From a virus (Duplodnaviria > Heunggongvirae > Uroviricota > Caudoviricetes), in IMG/VR virus record IMGVR_UViG_3300044796_000394: a stretch of DNA of 64,000 nt; one strand, written 5' to 3'. The position numbers and the translations under genes were made by a program. Below the pieces are notes generated by a model. The model was not told the origin of the DNA, did not search any database, and was given only the letters and a program-made list of their open reading frames with translations. How positions within the stretch are numbered: position 1 is the first letter of the stretch; the number at the start of each line of letters is the position of its first letter. This document shows, piece after piece, positions 58,363-64,000 of this stretch.

Positions 58363-58893
58363 ATGTCAAGAACTGTGAATACTGGTAATGGCAAACCCGT
58401 TGGACTTTATTTTTTGATCTGCTGTGCAGTCGCAGCATTTGTAATTTTTGGGCTTGTGTATGTCATGACTCCAAAGGCCGTACCTACACCAACCACATTA
58501 ACCAAGTCGGCAGTAGGATCAAGTTTTGCTGTCATGGAACAAGACGACAGAATTCAATTTGTTAACTGGGATAAGGTACTGGTTCTTGCAAAAGGCAATG
58601 GACACGTAACAATGGCTGTTCGTGATATTGAAGAAGCACCGCCCGGCGAATGTGCAGTGGTTTATTTGGTAGATGGCAATAAAGAGTATGTCGTAGGGCC
58701 AGCGTGCTTCTACCCCGTTGGCATCAAGAAATCCAGTTTTGGATTTCAGATCGATCACGTTCTCGCCAACATTAATTCGTTATCATCGGATACCTTTATC
58801 CGTGTCAGAGACACCAAAGGTAATCTATTAAACTTTGGTGTAGTAGAAGTCAAAGTGACGAGCAAACAACCTGTGATGGGTGAACGCCAATGA
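58363..58893 (+). CDS. Hypothetical membrane-anchored protein
   Basis: Start refined to MSRTV after an AGGAG Shine-Dalgarno; N-terminal transmembrane helix. Confidence 0.7.
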   Translation: MSRTVNTGNGKPVGLYFLICCAVAAFVIFGLVYVMTPKAVPTPTTLTKSAVGSSFAVMEQDDRIQFVNWDKVLVLAKGNGHVTMAVRDIEEAPPGECAVVYLVDGNKEYVVGPACFYPVGIKKSSFGFQIDHVLANINSLSSDTFIRVRDTKGNLLNFGVVEVKVTSKQPVMGERQ

Positions 58894-59171
58894 AACGACC
58901 AACAAAATTTTTGTACCAATCCATCAACGTATTGCCAAGGCGATTTTGGTTAAGTGAAAAAAGGCACAAGTATCAATTTGATTGTCCTTTATTGGACGAA
59001 AATCAAAAGACTTGGCCTGAACATGAGGATTATAGTCCCTTCTATACGGTTTCCGTTTGGGGGGTCGATAGTCGCTTCCACGAAATCGGAGCAGTACCTG
59101 TAGATGCCGTTGATTTTGATGTGGATAAATTCTTGGTTGATGCCAGCATCCTTGACATTATTGGTGAATAA
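58890..59171 (+). CDS. Hypothetical protein
   Basis: ATGA-coupled 93-aa ORF. Confidence 0.55.
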   Translation: MKRPTKFLYQSINVLPRRFWLSEKRHKYQFDCPLLDENQKTWPEHEDYSPFYTVSVWGVDSRFHEIGAVPVDAVDFDVDKFLVDASILDIIGE

Positions 59172-59401
59172 TGACCCAGAATAAATTCGGATGGATTTTA
59201 TTTTTCTTGTTTTTGTTGTGGGTATTAGTTTGTAGCGTCATATAAGATTGATTCTACATTTTTATTTGGTAAAATAAGACCATCACAAGGAAGCAGTGAA
59301 TGTTAAAGAAGAAATCAAAATTGACAGCGGCGATTAAACCGAGACGCTCCAGACACCTTAGTAAAATTATCAAAAAAGTAAAATCTCTTAGGGGACACAA
59401 G

Positions 59402-60133
59402 ATGACTTCGGAAACGGTACCGACTACGGAAACGGAAGTACTGAAGATGCAGGATGACGGTTACACCGGCACCGCTCCAAGTGACGAGGTTAAACCTTCA
59501 ACCGAAGTTGTCAAACCTGTTACGCCTGCTGTCAAAGCATGGGCGGCAGCACCGAGAACATATTACTCGCCGTGGCAACGTCAAAACGGTTTCCTTCAAC
59601 CCGACCATATGACAAGGCCGGATCGGTTTCCCAAAATCTTCGAAACCGCCCAAAAGTTTAACCCGAACGCCAAACGAGTTTTGTCATTCGGGTGCTCCAC
59701 CGGTGAAGAATGTCAATCGCTCCGCAAATATTTCCCCAACGCTGAAATCGTTGGTGTGGATTTGGACTATACGAGCATTCAAAAAGCTCGCAAAAACAAC
59801 AAAGACCCAAACATCCATTTCCATACGGATCTTGGTGCAACCGGCAAGTACGATGTTGTACTCTGCTTGATGGTGTTTTTCTGCATGGATTGTCCTGTCA
59901 CTTACGGCGGTTTTTCCACAGTTCTGAAAAACGTCCACAAGTACATTAACGAAGATGGACACTTGCTCATTTACACCAGCGATCACAATCCGAGTTGGGT
60001 TGAGGAAATCGCCACTGAGTACGAACCGTTAAATGTTTGGACTCGGACACATGATAAAAACAAGAAAGACTATTATAACGGTTACTATCGGCGACTCCGC
60101 AGTGACGAGTTGCCGCCAAAAACCGGTGAGTGA
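59402..60133 (+). CDS. Class I SAM-dependent methyltransferase (CheR-like motif I)
   Basis: T..DR.P.IF...RVLSFGCSTGEE..SL..YFPNAEIVGVDL; start refined to MTSETVP. Confidence 0.85.
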   Translation: MTSETVPTTETEVLKMQDDGYTGTAPSDEVKPSTEVVKPVTPAVKAWAAAPRTYYSPWQRQNGFLQPDHMTRPDRFPKIFETAQKFNPNAKRVLSFGCSTGEECQSLRKYFPNAEIVGVDLDYTSIQKARKNNKDPNIHFHTDLGATGKYDVVLCLMVFFCMDCPVTYGGFSTVLKNVHKYINEDGHLLIYTSDHNPSWVEEIATEYEPLNVWTRTHDKNKKDYYNGYYRRLRSDELPPKTGE

Positions 60134-60160
60134 TTCCGCCTTGCACGCTCACCGGTTTTT
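60118..60160 (+). terminator. Hairpin/terminator spanning the methyltransferase stop codon
   Basis: AAAAACCGGTGAGTG...CGCTCACCGGTTTTT, a 15-bp stem with one G-U pair. Confidence 0.7.
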
Positions 60161-60275
60161 CAAACAAAGAGTTAGACATGGATGATAAAAAAGCACCGCC
60201 CGGTTGGGTGATTTTGATTCTTGTTGTTCTTTTTGGCTTTGCCATTCACGGTTGTTTACAGGGAACGTGCTTCAA

Positions 60276-61244
60276 ATGAGCAAGCCCACAAACTGGTCTT
60301 TTGATCCCACCGTTTTGGGCTTCTATTTTTCCAAAAAATTCAAGTCTGGCATTCTCGATAAAAACTTCAACAAAGATGAATTCACTTGGTATGCCGAATT
60401 CGTTAAAGTTGTTGAAGGTGAAGAATATGACATGTCGGTGTTGTCTCATATCCGAAAAGTTGGTAAAAGTAAGTACCGCATAATGCGGGAACGATGGAAA
60501 CACATGGTGAGTAATTTCTACGAAGATCGTTACTCTCAAAAACAATGGGAATGTGTTATTGAAAGTCAAAAAGACTTTGAAGAAGTTGTTAAAGAACTAG
60601 GTCTCATTAGGCCGTGGAAAAAATGAAAAGACTGTTCGTATTGCCAAGTCCAAATCTGGATCGTAAAAGCAAGCTCAAATGGTTTTTTTATATTACCTGT
60701 TGGGGTTATTTGTTCACCCCCTTCAGTCGTAAAGGTACCGCTCACGCAATTGTTAGAGATTGGGTGTTATCATTAAGTGCCGAACAAGTGTCGTTATTAA
60801 CCAAGGAAAAGAATGAAAACTACTGAACTTCCAAAAGCCCTCAAAACTCGTATCGCTGATGCCATTTCTGGTCTGTCTAAAAAAGTAGATAAGCGAGCAG
60901 AAAAATATGAAGAATTATTCTCTGTAGCCAAAGAATTTGAAGGCATCAAAACTGCTGCTGGCCATCCAATCAAGGTTGGCGTCAGATCACAATCCCTCAA
61001 CGTTAACGGTGTGGTTGGTTTCCATCGCATTATTACACTTGAAAAAGAAGAACCGCTGACTGTCGGTTTCACTAGCCCCAACGTCTTTGTCCCACTTTCA
61101 GCACCGTTCGCTTATTGCTATTGGGCACCGCACGACGGCAATTATTACATCGGTAGCTGGACGACCGCACCACTCGGCGCACAACCCTTTGGTTGTATTG
61201 AAGAAGTCGTTGTCGGTTTGACTGAAAGAATTATTGCCAATTAA
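60276..61244 (+). other. Small hypothetical genes (60276-60626, about 60623-60826, 60813-61244)
   Basis: Coupled ORFs; no family recognised. Confidence 0.55.
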
Positions 61245-62053
61245 ATTGTTAACATCTTAGAAATAAGTCGCATACGATCAAGTATGCGACTTATTGTCGT
61301 ACTATTAGGCAAATCAGGATTATTCAAATCCTTCCAAGACTCCACCTTCGACTTCGTTCTCAACAAATGAGCAACAATCATTTTCTCAGAACCCGGAATG
61401 TCTCCATATAAATCAGGACAGTTACACCACACCGGCAATTCATGACAAGGCAATCCTAATGCTGCCAATGACAGACACAGAGCAAATTGCGGTCTGTGAT
61501 AATGACTCTTCATCGTTATATCAGAAGCTATCAAATATTCTGCCATCGCCTCATTCAATTGTACAACATACTTCGAAGGCATTGCCACAAAGCCCAAATT
61601 GAAGTAATAGGGTGATTTCTTATCGTCGTAATTAGTTGTACAAGAGAGTTTAGGTAAAGGCACACCACAACCATCAAAGAGCCTTTCCCATCCTGTACGA
61701 TTAGCAAAGGGGGACTGGTAGGCCATTACGCCGCATACCTTATCCTTCGCTGGCTTCGTAATTGGCGATAAATCACACAAGACCAGCATATCGGTATCCG
61801 TGTAGATCGTAACGTCGCCTTTGGTGGGACAGGCTGTTAGTCCACCATACCACATAGGATTAAAATGCTTATTGTGAGTTATGATTTCGGATTTTTTTCT
61901 GAGATATGAACTTTCAAGAGTATCGCCGGGATTTTGACATATAGTTAAACAAAAAGGTGTGTTGCCATAAAGTTCAAGAGAACGAATGAAAACCTCAGCT
62001 TGGAATTCATATTTCTTCCCGCCGCTCAAGGTCATGTAAAAGTGAGTCAACAT
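61241..62053 (-). CDS. GT-A glycosyltransferase (GT8-like)
   Basis: YTDTDML (DxD), YFNLGFV, Q.AL...L....N....H motifs; start refined to MLTHF. Confidence 0.75.
   Translation of the reverse strand: MLTHFYMTLSGGKKYEFQAEVFIRSLELYGNTPFCLTICQNPGDTLESSYLRKKSEIITHNKHFNPMWYGGLTACPTKGDVTIYTDTDMLVLCDLSPITKPAKDKVCGVMAYQSPFANRTGWERLFDGCGVPLPKLSCTTNYDDKKSPYYFNLGFVAMPSKYVVQLNEAMAEYLIASDITMKSHYHRPQFALCLSLAALGLPCHELPVWCNCPDLYGDIPGSEKMIVAHLLRTKSKVESWKDLNNPDLPNSTTISRILDRMRLISKMLTI
61262..61295. repeat. Perfect 14-bp inverted repeat inside the glycosyltransferase 3' end
   Basis: AATAAGTCGCATAC-GATCAA-GTATGCGACTTATT. Confidence 0.85.
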
Positions 62054-62066
62054 ATCTAAATATAAT

Positions 62067-62720
62067 ATGACTGAAATATTTAAAGGCGGTGGCAATACGC
62101 AATGGTTCCATAAAAGGTTCCATTTCTCTCTTAATATCATCCCTGAAAATTATTCATATAGGATTGTTGACATATCGGACGATGGTTTAGCAAAGCGTGT
62201 GCTTGTATTTTTGATCAATGTTTCGGCAGGTTTTGATGAGGGTGACACTGCCTATTGGCAGGATTTCGTATTAGAAGCCGGTGGCATGGCTTATTTCAAT
62301 TTCTTCGGCGATAATGTGATTCGAGCGAGTATCAATTCTTTTTCATTGCCTGATACCGTAGCAGTTAATCATACAATTTATGGAAGTAATGGAACTTCAA
62401 CCGATTTTGTTATTGAAGACGGCAGTGTCAATCCTAGTGAATTCAAAATTCACAATAACGATACCACTTACGATATGAATGTATCAATTATGCGTAATGG
62501 CCGTATTATTGAAACAAGTGTTATTGGCCCTGATGCAATCAAGACGGTTCAATATCGGCCAACATTTTGGATTGCGGCAACATCTGATTTAGAAGCGACT
62601 ATTACTTTGGATGATGTCAATACAGAAATATCAATTTTAGGTGTCAATACCGCCGATATTAATGTTGACGCAAGCGATGACGTTTACACCTTCACTTTGG
62701 CTAATATCACCTTTGCTTGA
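62067..62720 (+). CDS. Hypothetical beta-rich acidic protein
   Basis: CTAAATA-taat-ATG upstream; 217-aa ORF. Confidence 0.65.
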   Translation: MTEIFKGGGNTQWFHKRFHFSLNIIPENYSYRIVDISDDGLAKRVLVFLINVSAGFDEGDTAYWQDFVLEAGGMAYFNFFGDNVIRASINSFSLPDTVAVNHTIYGSNGTSTDFVIEDGSVNPSEFKIHNNDTTYDMNVSIMRNGRIIETSVIGPDAIKTVQYRPTFWIAATSDLEATITLDDVNTEISILGVNTADINVDASDDVYTFTLANITFA

Positions 62721-62840
62721 TTTGTAGGGACAATGACGACAATTCGAATGACAACACTTCTTGCGTTTCAGCAAGAAGTGTTCGGTGAATACGTATTTGC
62801 CGTTTTCAATGTAATAATCAATTCCTTCGACTAATTCCAT
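62637..62840 (-). CDS. DUF5522-like cysteine-rich small protein
   Basis: EGIDYYIENG.YVFTE.FLLKR..CC.SNCRHCPY motif. Confidence 0.8.
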   Translation of the reverse strand: MELVEGIDYYIENGKYVFTEHFLLKRKKCCHSNCRHCPYKSSKGDISQSEGVNVIACVNINIGGIDT

Positions 62841-64000
62841 TTACTTCTTTCTTGGGAACAATGGTTCCAACTTTTCGCTAGTGACCTCAATCTTTCCTTC
62901 GGTATCGTATTCACGGTGAATGATTTTGTACATCTGATCCCACGTTAACTTTTCCCATTCGTCTTTCCAATTGAAAGCCTTGTATACTTTTTCAGCAGTA
63001 TCCGGCAAGTAGGGTTTGAGATAAATGGAAACGATTCGCAAGCTCATGCAACACCAACGTAGGAACGATGGTGTTGACTCAATGGTTTTGTCCCACGGTT
63101 TGTTTTCTTCGATTTGAGTATTGATGTACGTCAAAAGATTCCAAACCAATTGAAGGGCATCACGGTAGTGGTAAAAACACGTTTTTTCAATCCATGTAGA
63201 ATTTCTTGGCAGCGGCGGTGCCCATTTTTCGTTATGTGAATTTTCCGCTGTTCCAAACTTGCGAACCAGAGTGTGAACCCGGCTAAGCAGATTTCCAAGA
63301 TTGTTAGCAAGATCGGAGTTGTAAACTTCCTTAAAGTGCTGAGGATCATAATCGCCATCTGAGCCGAATGAGCATTTCGCCAAAAAGTAGTAGCGGTAAG
63401 CATCACGACCGTATTCGCTAACGATTTCTGTTGGATCGATAAACGTACCACTCTTGGAAATCTTCTCACCCTTCGTTTGGATGAATCCATGTCCAAACAC
63501 CTTGGAAGGCAGAGCGATATGTGGTTGCGCAATTGGCTGTTCGGCACCAATGTTGTACGCTGCAATCATAGCTGGCCAAAAGATACAGTGGAAGCGAGTG
63601 ATGTCTTTCCCGATGATGTGAGCGTCCGCAGGCCACCATTTGAGGAACATCTCTTCATTGTTCCCAAACCCTGCCCCGGTCAAATAATTAATGAGGGCGT
63701 CAAACCAAACATAAATTACTTGGCTTTCATCCCACGGAATCGGAATGCCCCATCCTTGATTGCGACGACTAATCGAGATGTCTTCAATCTCTTCCAAAAA
63801 GGCTTCCACTTCATTTGCTCTCACTTGCGGTCGAACATTAACCAAAAAGTTTTTGGCGACTTCTTTGAACCTCGGATCGGACAACCGGAAGAAGTAGTTT
63901 TCCTCTTCAACCTGAACTATGTCGAGGGTTTGGTGATTCGGACACTTGCCATCAACGAGGCTTTTACCTGTCTTGAATTCTTCACAACCGGCACAGTAAG
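62841..64000 (-). CDS. metG: Methionyl-tRNA synthetase (5' end beyond the window)
   Basis: Frame stays open to the window edge (YCAGCEEF...CPNH...EENYFFRLS), then DISISR...WGIPIP, YVWFDALINY, IGKDI.RFH..FWPAM, KISKS, NSDLANNLGNL.SR. Confidence 0.95.
   Translation of the reverse strand, partial: YCAGCEEFKTGKSLVDGKCPNHQTLDIVQVEEENYFFRLSDPRFKEVAKNFLVNVRPQVRANEVEAFLEEIEDISISRRNQGWGIPIPWDESQVIYVWFDALINYLTGAGFGNNEEMFLKWWPADAHIIGKDITRFHCIFWPAMIAAYNIGAEQPIAQPHIALPSKVFGHGFIQTKGEKISKSGTFIDPTEIVSEYGRDAYRYYFLAKCSFGSDGDYDPQHFKEVYNSDLANNLGNLLSRVHTLVRKFGTAENSHNEKWAPPLPRNSTWIEKTCFYHYRDALQLVWNLLTYINTQIEENKPWDKTIESTPSFLRWCCMSLRIVSIYLKPYLPDTAEKVYKAFNWKDEWEKLTWDQMYKIIHREYDTEGKIEVTSEKLEPLFPRKK

Noticed and set aside
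2072-63565. Numerous short antisense or alternate-frame ORFs in the track (for example 12855-13328, 25284-25745, 33578-34015, 63131-63565)
   Set aside because: They are nested in confidently assigned genes, mostly use rare starts and have no motifs; treated as shadow ORFs.
62841-63884. MetRS apparently truncated to 347 aa and lacking HIGH
   Set aside because: Window-edge artefact: the frame is open to position 64000 and continues through the zinc knuckle.
1-64000. CRISPR array, diversity-generating retroelement, integrase/IS element or rRNA
   Set aside because: I saw no spaced direct repeats, reverse transcriptase, adenine-variant repeat pair, transposase or integrase motifs, or rRNA sequence by eye.

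Overview
A 64-kb segment of a large (jumbo-type) T4-like contractile-tailed bacteriophage genome read in the standard code 11; the host is uncertain, with weak hints of Planctomycetota. Positions 1-29 kb form a virion module: PKD tail proteins, a shortened gp23-like capsid paralogue, baseplate genes (gp7/I-, gp6/J-, gp25-, gp5/VgrG-, hub-, gp53-like), fibre/decoration proteins, a gp2-like end protector, a tape measure protein and a catalytically degenerate CCA/poly(A)-polymerase homologue. Positions 29-64 kb hold accessory and host-takeover genes: AspRS, LeuRS, MetRS (cut by the window edge), tRNA-Leu(UAG), ClpP, PyrB, lysine 6-transaminase, an M4 protease, glycosyl-, sulfo- and methyltransferases, and many small hypotheticals. 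Main candidates for novelty: (1) a roughly half-size 425-aa LeuRS lacking CP1 editing, CP2, leucine-specific and C-terminal domains, co-encoded with a tRNA-Leu that has lost its long variable arm; (2) an unassigned structured RNA of about 235-300 nt in the only large intergenic gap; (3) a probably dead CCA-enzyme homologue with a capsid-targeting-like N-terminus; (4) a TAWATA-like motif 4-5 nt before start codons and divergent genes only 13-19 bp apart, suggesting leaderless late transcripts. All family calls come from motif recognition by eye; no database searches were run.
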